Shown piece after piece: positions 38,205-49,789 of a DNA stretch of 64,000 nucleotides (the stretch's first letter is position 1; each line of letters begins with the position of its first letter). This DNA comes from Squalus acanthias (taxonomy: Eukaryota). The notes beneath the pieces are model-generated. The model was not told the DNA's origin. It saw only the letters and a program-made list of their open reading frames with translations, and searched no databases. The stretch covers positions 107,944,001 to 108,008,000 of the forward strand of contig CM059431.1 in the NCBI GenBank assembly GCA_030390025.1, read 5' to 3'. The position numbers and the translations under genes are program-made.

Positions 38205-39926
38205 GGGGGGAATTTTGCCAGTGCTCAGGGGGCGGGTCCGGTGGCAAAATGGTACAAAATGGGAGTCAACAGGTGTAGCAGTCGGCACAGACTCCATGGA
38301 TTTTTAGATTATAAACATATACCCTTATTAAAAACTGGACAGGCTGTTTGGGGGGGAAACTGTGGAAAACACTCAAGCTGAAGGTAGCTGATGTAATCAG
38401 GTTGCATTCGTATGGTAACGGACTGTCCTTGGGAACAATGGCCCGAGAGGCCCACTCCCACGTCATGAATAACGAGGCTGGCGACTCATTGTTTCTGAAG
38501 AAGGTGAGCTCGTTAAGTTAAATCGGCTGGGAGATCGAAACGAGATCTAAACCATCCAAACCTGGGAGGAGGCCTGGAAACCATTTCCCTGAGGCCATGT
38601 GTCCATTAAAGCCACAGACAGCAGTCTGTGTATTGGGGGGGTATATCAGAGAGCCGTTTTGGATAGCTCTCTCTCTCTCTCCTGCCCTCCCCACAACGGA
38701 ACGTCAAGAGGAGCTAAGCCTTGCTCTTCCAACCGAGACGGACTTCGACTCAGACTGGGACTCGCATGCCGCAAGGTCGGTATGGAACCAGGTAGCCGAG
38801 ACGTACGGGAGGAAGCTGCAAGCAAGATCAAGGGCAATCTAGGTGAGCATTGCCAAGCCTTCACACCCACAAGATCACTTAGCTGTGTGAGGGGGTGCCT
38901 GTATGTTCCTACCAAACCAGAGGGGGTTTAGCATTGGAAAGGTCCTGTGATAGTTTAGTTCACGGGAGGGTGTTTTTAGGCCGTGGTAAGTCAGCACGGC
39001 AGGGGCTTGTTGGACAAGTCAGGGTTGTACTGTTTTAAACTGTACTGTTGTGTTCACATCGCTCGTACTGTATGTCAACCTTAATAAACACTGTACGGGT
39101 GAGCCCGAAAACGCTGTCCGTGTCCAATCTGTCCTCAGTAATCCCCATCATCCAGAACTTGTAGTAAGGGGGTTTGCGTGCTCGCTACGGGCAGGGCGAA
39201 ACCACTTACAATAATTGGTGATTGCGGCAGGGCCTATAGGAAATTGGCCACCGCAGAAACCGGTTACACAGGCAGTTAAGAGGCTTTTTCCCATTTTGCA
39301 CCTACTGCTGCGGGCTTCCCGACGTCAGCAAACTCCGCCAGGGTAAGTGAGGCGAGCTGTGGGTCTGTTGTACTTTAACTGTGGAAATGACAGCTGCAGA
39401 GGTAGTGTGGAGGCTGCAATGGGACACTAGTAAGTATGACAGGGGAGAATGTTGGGGAACATATTTTACAGTGGTTTGATGCTTCTGCAGGTGACAAGCT
39501 GTGATGTGTTTGTGCAGCCTCATCTCATCAGGAGAAGTGACGGATGGCTTCTGCAATCTCACATGCAGCTGTCATCTGTTTCATCCCAAGGAGAGAGTCA
39601 TTGGAGATCCTGGGTAAAAGGGCTCACCTTTGTACAGTGATTGTCAGTGTTTGACAGCACCTCAATGCTGTGAAACACTGACAATTCATCTGTCAAAAAA
39701 TTATGGTGCCTGTCACTTTAACAAAACCGGCAGATGAAGCGTCATGCACTGACGTCATCTGACACTGGCTTTCCCTTAATTGCCCAGCAAGCCCGCAGGG
39801 CGGGCTTAACAAGGCCAATCAGGGGAAAATAGCGTCTGTTCGTCAGACGTCGCTGGGGGCGGGACTGAAACCCGAAAACCAGCAGTCCCTGCCTCGACCT
39901 CCGGATCCAAGGTAAAATCCAGCCCC
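38205..39926. mobile_element. Harbinger-type MITE family C, interrupted by an LTR
   Basis: Ends GGGGGGAATTTTG / GTAAAATCCAGCCCC. Homologous to 4748-5373 joined to 8855-9096. Confidence 0.78.
38274..39210 (+). mobile_element. LTR of an LTR retrotransposon or ERV (solo-LTR-like)
   Basis: TGTAGCA...CCACTTACA termini, TATA-like GTATATCAG near 38641 and AATAAA near 39083. The 3' half is homologous to 46368-47546. Confidence 0.8.
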
Positions 39927-40914
39927 TATGTCATTCTATGTAACAATCATTGTCCAGCCTTGCACTTTAAAGAATGGCCACCCAGGGGCAGTGCTGGAGA
40001 GTTACCCATACCTTACTGAACTATAAACTAAGCATTTGCACCAACTTCAGGGAAGAGGGGCAGGAAAACTGTGGGGAGAAAGTTAGGGGCAAGATTGTTT
40101 TTAATAAGGAAATGTATAAAATTATGTTGTGACAGTTCAAAAAAGGTTTTTTTTATGAACCATCTGAAGATTTATGTTTATTTAATATGATGGCTTTTAT
40201 CCATCTATCAGACTATACTAATATATCCAACAGAAAAAATAATTGTTTAAGTACTGTGTGTTCTTTTAATATTAAAACCAACATTTCTATTATACTGTAA
40301 TAATAAAGCTACTCAATACTCCAGGAATAGCTTTATTACTGTGAAACTAATTGTACACAACTAAAATCACACAACTAATTGCAACTTGGATAAACATGAA
40401 CATTGGAAACATTTCTGCTCTGGGTAAATTCCTAAGCATATCCCAGAATCCTGATCCTGCCTGCACCAGTAAACTCATCCGCAGTGCGGAAAGGACTAAG
40501 TGAAATGCCACATGACAATACTTCAGCTTCCGCCGATTTTACAAGTCCGTGCTTTCAGTAGAGAGCTCCGTCCACTGGCACTGCCCGTCAGGGATTCTGC
40601 TGTGTGATTTTTCCGACCTTTTAAGTCATTGGCCGGAAAATTGTGAGCAGCGCGCGCCCACTTTTCCGATACGTGCACCCCCCCGCCAGCAATACAGACT
40701 CGTTAAGCTACTCCCCTCTTTCTATGTTCCACCGTATCTCAGGAAATGAAAAGCGATGGGATAGATTCATTTCAGAAGATCTTCCGTAGCAGTTAAATGT
40801 GACAAAGAAAAAGCGAAGCGGAAGCATTTCACGGTGAACGTATGTCGGATAAGTGAACATACTTTCACGGGAGCATTTGTTCATCAGGAATTGATTGTAG
40901 TCAGGATGAACCCT

Positions 40915-41642
40915 GAGCAAAGTGCTACAGTACAAAGGGATCTGGGATCCTGGTGCATGAAACACAGAAGGTTAGTATGCAGGTACAGCAGGTGATCAGG
41001 AAGGCCAATGGAATCTTGGCTTTTATTGCAAGGGGGATGGAGTATAAAAGCAGGGAAGTCTTGCTTCAGCTATACAGGGTAATGGTGAGGCCACAGTTTT
41101 GGTTTCCATATTTAAGAAAAGATATACTTGCTCTAGAGGCAGTTCAGAGAAGGTTCACTCGGTTGATTCCGGAGATGAGGGGGTTGACTTATGAGGAAAG
41201 GTTGAGTAGGTTGGGCCTCTACTCATTGGAATACAGAAGAATGAGAGGCGATCTTATCGAAACATATAAGATTGTGAGGGGGCTTGATCGGGTGGATGCG
41301 GGGAGGATGTTTCCACTGATAGGTGAGACTAGAACTAGGGAGCATAATCTTAGAATAAGGGGCTGCCGTTTCAAAACTGAGATGAGGAGAAACTTCTTCA
41401 CTCAGAGGGTAGTAAATCTATGGAATTTGCTACCTCAGAGAGCTGTGGAAGCTGCGACATTAAATAAATTTAAAACGGAGATAGACAGTTTCCTAGCTGA
41501 TAAGGGAATTAAGGGTTCTGGGGAGCGGGCAGGGAAGTGGACGTGAGTCTAGGTTCGGATCAGCCATGATCCTATTGAATGGCGGAGCAAGCCCGAGGGG
41601 CCATATGGCCCACTCCTGCTCCTACTTCTTATGTACTTATGA
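40915..41642 (+). mobile_element. CR1 LINE 3' fragment
   Basis: ORF 40953-41546 encodes the RT C-terminus (YEERLSRLGLYSLEYRRMRGDLIE...RRNFFTQRVVNLWN), followed by a CR1 3' UTR. Confidence 0.92.
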
Positions 41643-42341
41643 GCAAGTTTGTCCGTTTAACAAAAATAATTTTAATCCCGCCCGCCTGGCGGAAACCAGA
41701 TGGGTGGGCAGTTAAAATAGCCACAGCGATTTACTCCCACCGATCCTGCTCACCATCCCACAACTTGCCATCTTAACCTGCTTTTTTGAGCTGGCAAGAG
41801 GGACGTCCACCGGAAGACAGCGGGCTTCTTCTTTAAATAGGGAGGTCGCGTTCCGATGACGTCATCGGGGCCTGACTGCAATTTTAACCCGAGGCTTGAG
41901 TGGGAAATCCATCCTCGTTTCCATGCCAGGCCAACCAGCTGGCAAAAGGAGATGGCCCAGAAAGGTCAATCAATTGTTTTTTTTATTGTTTCCTTGTGGG
42001 CCAGCAGGAGCAGGAGTGCTCCTTCCTGGCCTCACAAGGAGACCTTGGGGGAAAAATTGAGTCACGCCCCCTTTGGGGCGCAAACTTCGCCGGGCCTGAA
42101 AAAATTAGCGCCCCCGCGGCTGAAATTCATCGGTAGCCCCCCAAGAGGGAAGTGGGGCACTACTGGAAGCGCCCCTGCCTCCCTCTTGGGGTGCTGTGAG
42201 GGAATATCATGGCGCTACGTGCCGCGGTACTGCAGGCCTTCCTTCCCTTATTAATGATGTGGAGATGCCGGTGTTGGACTGGGGTGGACAAATGTGAGAA
42301 GTCGCACAACACCAGGTTATAGTCCAACAGCTTATTTGAAA

Positions 42342-42378
42342 TCACAAGCTTTCGGAGCACTGCTCCTTCGTCAGGTGA
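42342..42378 (-). ncRNA. Minimal type I hammerhead ribozyme, intact core, sense in KLHL1 pre-mRNA
   Basis: Minus strand reads TCAC-CTGACGA-A-GGAGC AGT GCTCC-GAAA-GCTT-GTGA. Confidence 0.8.
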
Positions 42379-42380
42379 AG

Positions 42381-42417
42381 TCACCTGACGAAGGAGCAGC
42401 GCTCCGAAAGCTTGTGA
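42381..42417 (+). ncRNA. Minimal type I hammerhead ribozyme, intact core
   Basis: TCAC-CTGACGA-A-GGAGC AGC GCTCC-GAAA-GCTT-GTGA: CUGANGA and GAAA core, stem I TCAC/GTGA, stem II GGAGC/GCTCC and a loopless palindromic stem III (AGCU). Confidence 0.8.
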
Positions 42418-43377
42418 TTTCAAATAAAGCTGTTGGACTATAACCTGGTGTTGTGCGACTTCTCACATTTCCCTTATTAAAGGGGAGGGGCCTTGTGCAG
42501 CGCGACACGGCTGGGCCACCAGGGATCGGAGTGCCGGCAAAAGAGCCCAGCACTCAAGAGAAGTGCCGGGCTCACGGAGCGCAGCCGGCACAATCCGGGG
42601 AGGCTGCTCAGGAGGCTGGGGACGGCAACGGGGGCAGGTGCAGCCAGCAATAAAAATGGCCGCCCAGCACCTCACCTTTAATTAGCGCCACTCCAGCCGC
42701 AGGTAGGCCCCCCGACCCGGTCGGACATAGCATCCGCCGGTAAATCAGAGGGCGCTACCGAAGATCACGGCCGGGGTGCGAGCGGGGCACTGCGCACGGT
42801 GATGACATCATTGCCGGTGCCACAGCGCTGCAGGGCGCTAACGGTTACTGCCGCTGTTAACCTCCCGCTGAATTTCGCGGGAGGCATTGGCAGCGCCGCA
42901 TCTGGGCGCTAGTTGCTTTGCGCCCCATCAGCGCCCTCTTAGGGCGCTAACGGGAGACGCAAAGCCACCAAATTTTCCCCCCTTGGGTCTCCCCTGCCCC
43001 GGACATCCATCCTCCTCCCCGAGCGTGATGCTCTACTGACCCCCCGCACCATATCAGAGTACTGCAGACTATTTCTTCGGGCCCCTGAGCAGTGGCTTCC
43101 TCCTGCCCAAAATCCCACTCCCGCTCGCCTGCCAGCTGGCGCTTACCACCCAGTATTGGCGGGAGACCGATGGGGCCGATGCAGTTGAAGGCCTGAAGTG
43201 AAAATTTCCCAGGCCTCACACTGATGGTTGGCCGCTGGGAGTTAAAATCGGCCCCAACAATATTGCCTATGGGCTGGGAAACAAAACAGGGTAGAATTTT
43301 CAAGATGTGCCCCAGAAAAACATAAACCATACACCAGAACAATCCCACAAAAAACTCCTTTAAGAGCTCCTTTTCGC

Positions 43378-43790
43378 AACAACAACTTGCATTTATTTAA
43401 CACCTTTAACCTCATAAGGCGCTTCACAGGAGTGATTATCAAACAACAAAATTAACCTGTGCCACAGAAAGAGCTATTAGGACAGGTGACTAAAAGCTTG
43501 GTCAAAGAGGTACAGTTTAAGGGGTGTCTTAAAGGAGGATAAAGAGGCGGAGAGCAGGTGATATTTAGGAAGGGAATTCCAGAGCTTAGGGCCTAGACAG
43601 CTGAAGGCACGGCCACCAATGACAATCAGGGATGCGCAAGAGGCCAGAATTGAAGGAGCGCAGAGATCTCAGCGGGTTGTATGGCTGGAGGAGATTACAC
43701 AGATAGGGAGGGGCGAGGCCATGAAGGGATTTGAAAACAAGGATGAGAATTTTTAAATTCGAGGTGTTGCCAGACCGGGAGCCAATGTGC
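43378..43790 (-). mobile_element. L2-clade LINE 3' fragment
   Basis: LKILILVFKSLHGLAPPYLCNLLQPYNP, with a (TTG)n tail. Confidence 0.85.
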
Positions 43791-43989
43791 ACTGAACCTT
43801 CCTTTATGCCAAGTCCATGTGGGGTAGCTCTGCACACTGTGCGATCCTATCATAAAGGATGGGAAATTGTGAGAAGAATGTTATAAATATATAACGCAAT
43901 TAGATGGGAATGTGTCATTGAAACTCTCATACATTGGGTGAAAGCTTTCCGAAACCCAGCATCATTGGCAAAGTCTAGCTCAGGTGGCT

Positions 43990-44845
43990 TAAGAACATAA
44001 GAAATAGGAGCAGGAGTAGGCCATACGGCCCCTCGAACCTGCTCCACCACTCAAAAAGATCATGGCCGATCATCGACCTCAACTCCACTTTCCCTGCCCG
44101 ATCTCCATATCCCTTGATTCCCCTAGAGTTCAAAAATCTATCTATTTCAGCCTTGAATATACTCAAAGATTCAGCATTCACAGTCCTCTGGGACAGAGAA
44201 TTCCAAAGACTCACAACCCTCTGGCTTATGATTTCCTTGGGTTTCATAAATAGAGGTAATGAGTAAAAAAGTAGAGAAGTTATGCTGAACCTTTATAAAG
44301 CGCTGGTTAGGCCACAACTGGAGTATTGCGTCCAGTTCTGGTCACCACACTTTAGAAAGGATGTGAAGGCCCTTGAGAGGGTGCAGAGGAGATTTACCAG
44401 AATGGTTCCGGGGATGGGTTTCTTAGCTACAAGGACAGGTTGGAGAAGCTGAATTTGTTTTCATTAGAGCAAAGGAGGTTGAGGGGTGATTTGATAGAGG
44501 TGTACAAGATTATGACAGGTTTGGATAGACTAGACGGGGAAAGGCTGTTCCCACCAGTTAATGGTACAAGGACTAGGGGACACAGATTTAAGGTTTTGGG
44601 CAAGAGATACAGGGAGGATGTGAGGAAAAAACTTTTTTACGCAGCGAGTGGTGATGACCTGGAATTCGCTGCTGACGGAAGTGGTGGAAGCGGAGACACT
44701 CAATGTTTTAAAGGGGAGACTGGATAGGCACTTGAGGGAAATAAACTTGAAGGGCTACAGGGATAGAGCGGGGGAATGGAACTGACTGGATTGCTCTACA
44801 GAGTCTTAAATGGCCGACCGCTTATCCTGAGACTATGCCCCCTAG
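43990..44845. mobile_element. CR1 3' fragment (-; 43990-44222 and 44803-44845) containing an opposite-orientation CR1 fragment (+; ~44230-44800)
   Basis: The inner piece encodes [20 protein letters not shown] on +. The outer pieces continue the minus-strand CR1 3' sequence seen at 29727-30072. Confidence 0.8.
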
Positions 44846-46064
44846 GTCTAGACTCTCCAGCCAGGAGTGTCAGCAAATCAGGTTGCACTTTCCAATTTGC
44901 CATCCATTTAAATCAATTGACAGAAAATTACAGGCAATGCAGTTATGGTTTTCTGATTAAACATCCCTTTAGATAGGATCCCTCATGTGATGCAGGATCT
45001 CATTGAATTTTGTCCCACTGTGCGCACGGTACTTCAGCTTAAATTGGCTCATTGGCAAATAGCGCACAGCTCACGACAAGTGGGGAAACTGATCCCCGCC
45101 AGATTTCTCAGCCCTCACATACCATGGCATTGACGGGAAAGCAATGCTCCAAAATGTCCTCTGCATGAGTTTGCTATTGTCAATGTCCCGTCGATAGTTT
45201 CCTGTGATCACGATGGGTAGCACCTGGTATGTGCGGCTGCAGATGGAATACAAGCAAAAAAAGCGAGGCGCAGTAAAGTTTAGTTCTTGTTTCTCATTCT
45301 GATCCTGCCACGAGGGATTAGTTAGCGACCTTATTTTAGGAGTATGGTGACTCTGTCAGACCTGTCTTGCTAAATTGTCCTTGCAAAGTCCTTGGGTAGT
45401 GAAGATGGTCCAGATGTTAACTCTGATGGGGGACCATGAGAATTTGACATTTTCCTTGCTGGAGAAGAGTTTGGATCCAGCCCTTGTCATTCAGTGACCA
45501 ATTTACGGCAATATTTCAATATTGCTTTATTAAAAATGGATTTCCGAGTTTGTCTACAACAACTTGGATATTCTTGTTGATGTGAATACTTGTGTGTAAA
45601 CGGTATACTTCCTGCCACGGCAAACATTGATCTTGCGTGTTTTTTCCTTTATTCCCCTGACCTTTTTGTTTAAGCTATTTTTGTTTGCTGTACTTCAATG
45701 GTTTAGTCCCAATTGAAATGGTGAAAAACATAGATATTCCAAGTTGGCAAGTGGAAACTTCAGCAACTTGGCAAACCATTCCGCCTTCCGCAAATAACAA
45801 TAGAAATTAGAGAGATGTCCACTGCAGGTCTTCACACTATTATTCTTTAATTAATATAGAATTCAACAAGCCTCTGAAATGAAGGTGTGGGCTTGTTCTA
45901 GCCATGCACTGAAAATAGGGTGCTATTATAGACTCGTTAGTGTCTCCTTAAACAGCGGAGAGATGCATTTGGTACAAGGTTATTAAGCACTCATGTGATA
46001 GCATCACCAATAGTAATTTCTAGGCCAAAGACACCAGAATTTGAAAATCTAACAAAACTTCTGT

Positions 46065-47901
46065 GGGGGAAAAATTGGGTTGATTTGCGCCTCTCGTTAG
46101 CGCCCCCTGGAGGCGCTAACAGGGCGCAATCCCGCTAGCGCACGGACGCAGCGCTGCTAACGCCTCCCGCGAAATTCGGCGGAAGTTTAGTGGCGGTGGG
46201 TAGCCGGCAGCACCCCGCGGCGCAGCGCCTCCGGCGATGACATCATCACCGTGCGCAGCGCCCCGCTCATGCCCCGGCCGCTAACTTGGCTTGCGCCCCC
46301 TGACCTATTGCCAGATGATATGTCCAACAGGTGGTGTTTTTGCAGCCGCGGCGGAGCTACTTAAAGATGTAGCACCAGCTTTCTGGCCATTTTTATGAAT
46401 CATATTTTATATCTAAAACCCCAAGAAAGAACTGTACTGTTGGGCAAGCTTGTGGGAGTGGCTTAGGGAATAGGATTGCAAGCCAGGCCAACCTGACTAA
46501 GGTGCATTCATATGCAAACGGCCATCTGACACTGACAGGCTGGGTGGAAAGGAACCCAGGCCAATTGACGTCATCACCATCTAACAAGATTACTGGGAAC
46601 AATACCCCAACAGGTAACTCAGAGACACATCAATAAAGCACCGTCCCAACCGAAACTGGTGGAAGGCAGGAGATGGCCAGGCCATTGTCTTCCAGGAGAT
46701 AAGCCAGTTAAGCAAGTTCGGTTGGAGATTGAAACCCATTACCTGCTAATGGGGGCCATCAACTCAGGAAATGACAGACATCCAGTAATCAGCACTCATT
46801 GTCTCTCCAGGTGCCAGGCCTGGGAGCGGGGAAACGGAATATCATTTTTCACAAAGATTTCAAAGGTCATGAGCCACTCCAGGCCACAGGGGGGGTCCAG
46901 ACAGATCACCTGAGTCAATACATCGATCAGTATTGGCAGGAGAAAAAGGTGATGGGATTTGGGTATATCAGGAGCCGTTCGAGGGCTGCTCTCTCTCTCT
47001 CTTCTCCTCGACATCAATCTACAGCGAGTCTCCCAAGTGAGGCTCGGCTCGACGGAACACCGCCAGAAGCTGAGCGCTGCTCTTCACCCCTCATCAACGG
47101 ACCTCGACTCAAACTGGAACTTGGATACCACGTCGACGGTACGGAACCAGGAGCGAGACGTACAGGAAGAAGCTGCAAGCAAGACAACGGGCAATCGGGG
47201 TGAGCATATTGCCTGCGCCTACACATTCACAAGACCACTTAGCTGTGTGAGGGGGTGATTGTAAGTCCCAACCAAACCTTAGAGGGGTTTAGTGCTGGGG
47301 TCCTGTGTTAGTTTATTTCACGGGAGGGTTCTTTTATTAGACCGTGGTAATTTAGCACGGTATGGCTTGTTGGACAAGCCAGGGTTGTATTGTTTTGTAC
47401 TGTTACGAGTGTTATTGTTAATCCTATTAAACACAATATGGTTAAGCTCAAACAGGTGTCCGAGTCTGATCTGTCCATATAATCCCTATCGTCCAGAACT
47501 TGTAGTAAGAGGTGTGTTTTCGGTGCGCCCGAGAAAACCACTTACAAAGGGCAGGTGTCGGGCTGCTATTTTTTTTTTGGCCGACTGCCAGCACCTGCCC
47601 CCTTCCCCTTTTTTCCTCGGTGTGCCGGCCGCGATCGCTCAGCCTGGCACTCCTCTCGAGTGCCAGGTTGTTTTCATGGCACCCCCCGCTCCCCGGTGGC
47701 CCGGCACTCCCCTGTTGCATGTAGCGCCGCAATATTCACTTGTAGCGCTCCAGGAAGAAGAGGAGTGCTTCCACGAGCGCTCCGCCTCCTGCTTAGGGCG
47801 CTACAACTGAATTTCAGGCGGAGGAGCGCTAATTTTTTTTGGGCGTTAATATTAGCACCCCGGCGACGTTAGTACCCCAAAAGGGACCGAATTTTTCCCC
47901 T
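46065..47901. mobile_element. Harbinger-type MITE family A (reverse orientation), interrupted by a solo LTR
   Basis: GGGGGAAAAATT...AATTTTTCCCCT with TSD TGT/TGT. The halves are the reverse complement of 1109-1756. Confidence 0.85.
46368..47546 (+). mobile_element. Solo LTR (1179 bp)
   Basis: TGTAGCA...CCACTTACA with flanks AAGA/AAGG (4-bp TSD, one mismatch). Excising it restores the host MITE sequence CTACTTAAAAGGCAGGTGTCGGG seen in 1109-1756. Confidence 0.85.
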
Positions 47902-48699
47902 TGTATGTTTATTTTTCCTGCCGAATGTCCCCCTCCCTCTTGAACCTTTGGATGCATTAAACTTGCAGTGATTTAGTCAGACGACTAAAGCCATTATAAT
48001 AAAACTTTTAAGCATACTCAGTTATGTCACATTCTTGATTGCATAGCAGGTTCTAGCCCACTCGCATATTCATATTGCAAAACCAGAGAATTTTTTATTC
48101 AATCCTGCTGTCAAATAAAACCCAGAATTCATGACTGATATTGGGAGTTGACGTTAAACTCTTCATTTTATATGTCTCCCGTTCTCCTTAAATCAAGATT
48201 GATGAGAACTGAAATTATTCCATGACTGCCACAGAAATTATAATGCTCCTCAGGGAATTTCATATTTACCTCAGAATAGTTCTTCGGCTTTTTCGGTCTA
48301 AAACAAATAACACTGTCAGTTTATTCAAATAAAGGAATGAGTTATTTAAAGGAGATGTCTGGCTCAGTTTGGTATTGTCAGTGATGAAATGACTAGCTCC
48401 TCAATTCTACTGTCAACACTCTGATGAAGAGAAATATCGGATTAAATTTTATTAAAAAACCATGAACAAATTACAAGTAAAATAGATGGCAACCATTTGG
48501 CAGTGGGTTGGAAAAGGAATGGTTTTATATGAAAATGTTCCTTTTACTTCAAAGAATCAATATTTTTAGATATGTGAGCAACCAAACAAAACAATTGATT
48601 TTTTGCGGGGGGGGTGGGGCGGGGCGGGGTGGGGGGGGAGGGAGGCTGGAGGGAACTCTCGATGAAAGCTGTCCAGCTTTGTTGAAACAAAAAGCTTAT

Positions 48700-49132
48700 C
48701 ATAGAATCATCGAATGGTTACATAAGGAGGCCATTCAGCCCGTCGAGCCCGTGCCGGCTCTCTGCAAGAGCACTTCAGCTAGTCCCACTCCCCCGCCCTT
48801 TCCCTGTAGCCCTGCAAAATGTTTTTCCTTCAGGTACTTAGCCAATTCCCTTTTGAAAGCCACGATTGAATCTGCCTCCACCACCCTTTCAGGCAGTGCA
48901 TTCCAGATCCTAACCACTCGCTGCGTAAAAAAGGTTTTCCTCATGTCGCCTTTGGTTGTTTTGCCAATCACCTTAAATCTGTGTCCTCTGGTTCTCGACC
49001 CTTCCGTCAATGGGAACAGCTTCTCTCTATCTACTCTGTCTAGACCCCTCATGATTTTAAGCACCTCCATCAAATCTCCTCTCAACCTTCTCTGCTCTAA
49101 GGAGAACAACTCCAGCTTCTCCAGTCTATCCA
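48700..49132 (-). mobile_element. CR1 LINE 3' fragment
   Basis: ORF 48735-49154, [13 protein letters not shown]...FFTQRVVRIWNALP. Confidence 0.9.
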
Positions 49133-49206
49133 CGATGGCCCAGATGGCAAGCATTTCAACACTCCCATTTAGAATCTCCTATGTTGGAAACCCAGAAATT
49201 GCTTAC

Positions 49207-49431
49207 CGAGACCGTGTCTGTGAATTGACATCGGAGGCAAGACCGTCCAGGTCTTTGTTTTCGGGTTGTAACATTCCACAGTGTTTAAAGTCTTCAGGCC
49301 GTCTCTGCCTCCAACCACATAAAGTTTATCATCAATGACAGCCACGCCAAACTGCAGCCGCCTGCCATTCATCACTCCGGCTTGGGTCCAAGTATTTGTT
49401 CTCAGGTCATATTTTTCTATTGTGGTGGCAC
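49207..49431 (-). CDS. KLHL1: Kelch-like protein 1, internal coding exon (225 bp, kelch repeats 1-2)
   Basis: Acceptor TTATCAG|GTGCC and donor CTCG|GTAAGC. Translates (G)[74 protein letters not shown](G), which matches my recollection of KLHL1 better than KLHL4/5. Phase 1-1. Confidence 0.93.
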
Positions 49432-49789
49432 CTGATAAGACAATTAGTGTGACAAGATTGTGACGTGAAAGAGTGCATTGGAATCCTGAATGCATACATC
49501 ACATGCAGCCGAATAACAACAAACTGAGAGGAAGGACAACTCACTTGAAATCCATCAAGATCTTTCCATGTGCAGATAGTTGGAATCTCACCAAGTACCC
49601 CAATTACCGTGTAATTTTTCAATTAATACTGTTTTAAAATGAAGGAAGCAATGGTTTGGAATGTATTTGCTTACAGCTGCACGACAGACAAGATATGATG
49701 TAAAATATCAGCACGGAATGAACATTCCTGTATAATATCTATGTTTGTGAAAATTGAATTTTCGATACTAGTTAAGTTTGCTCATATTT

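Larger units (their letters stand above)
42255..42470 (-). mobile_element. Palindromic Penelope-like element remnant
   Basis: ~90-bp inverted repeat (42290-42378 / 42381-42470; 1 mismatch, 1 indel) plus a ~35-nt tail. TSD TTCCCTTATTAA at 42243-42254 and 42469-42480. Same family as 33750-34025. Confidence 0.85.
42047..42981. mobile_element. Harbinger-type MITE family A, interrupted by a palindromic PLE-type insertion
   Basis: GGGGGAAAAATT...AATTTTCCCCC with TSD CTT/CTT. Homologous to 1109-1756. Confidence 0.85.
41660..43256. mobile_element. Outer MITE-like element hosting a family A MITE
   Basis: Ends ATTTTAATCCCGCCCGCC / GGCCGCTGGGAGTTAAAATCGGCCCC. Interrupted at a CTT TSD by 42047-42981. 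Confidence 0.55.

Noticed and set aside
40855..40892. Hammerhead-like CTGATGA...GAAA on the minus strand
   Set aside because: Stem II is only ~2 bp and there is no convincing stem I or III.
38274..47546. One provirus bounded by the two LTRs
   Set aside because: The LTRs are clearly diverged, sit in different host MITEs with their own flanking duplications, and enclose no gag/pol sequence.
48508..49338. 276-aa + strand ORF, and similar ORFs such as 15386-15913, 60897-61367 and 1142-1654
   Set aside because: Antisense shadows of CR1 RT or KLHL1 exons, or chance ORFs in GC-rich MITEs.
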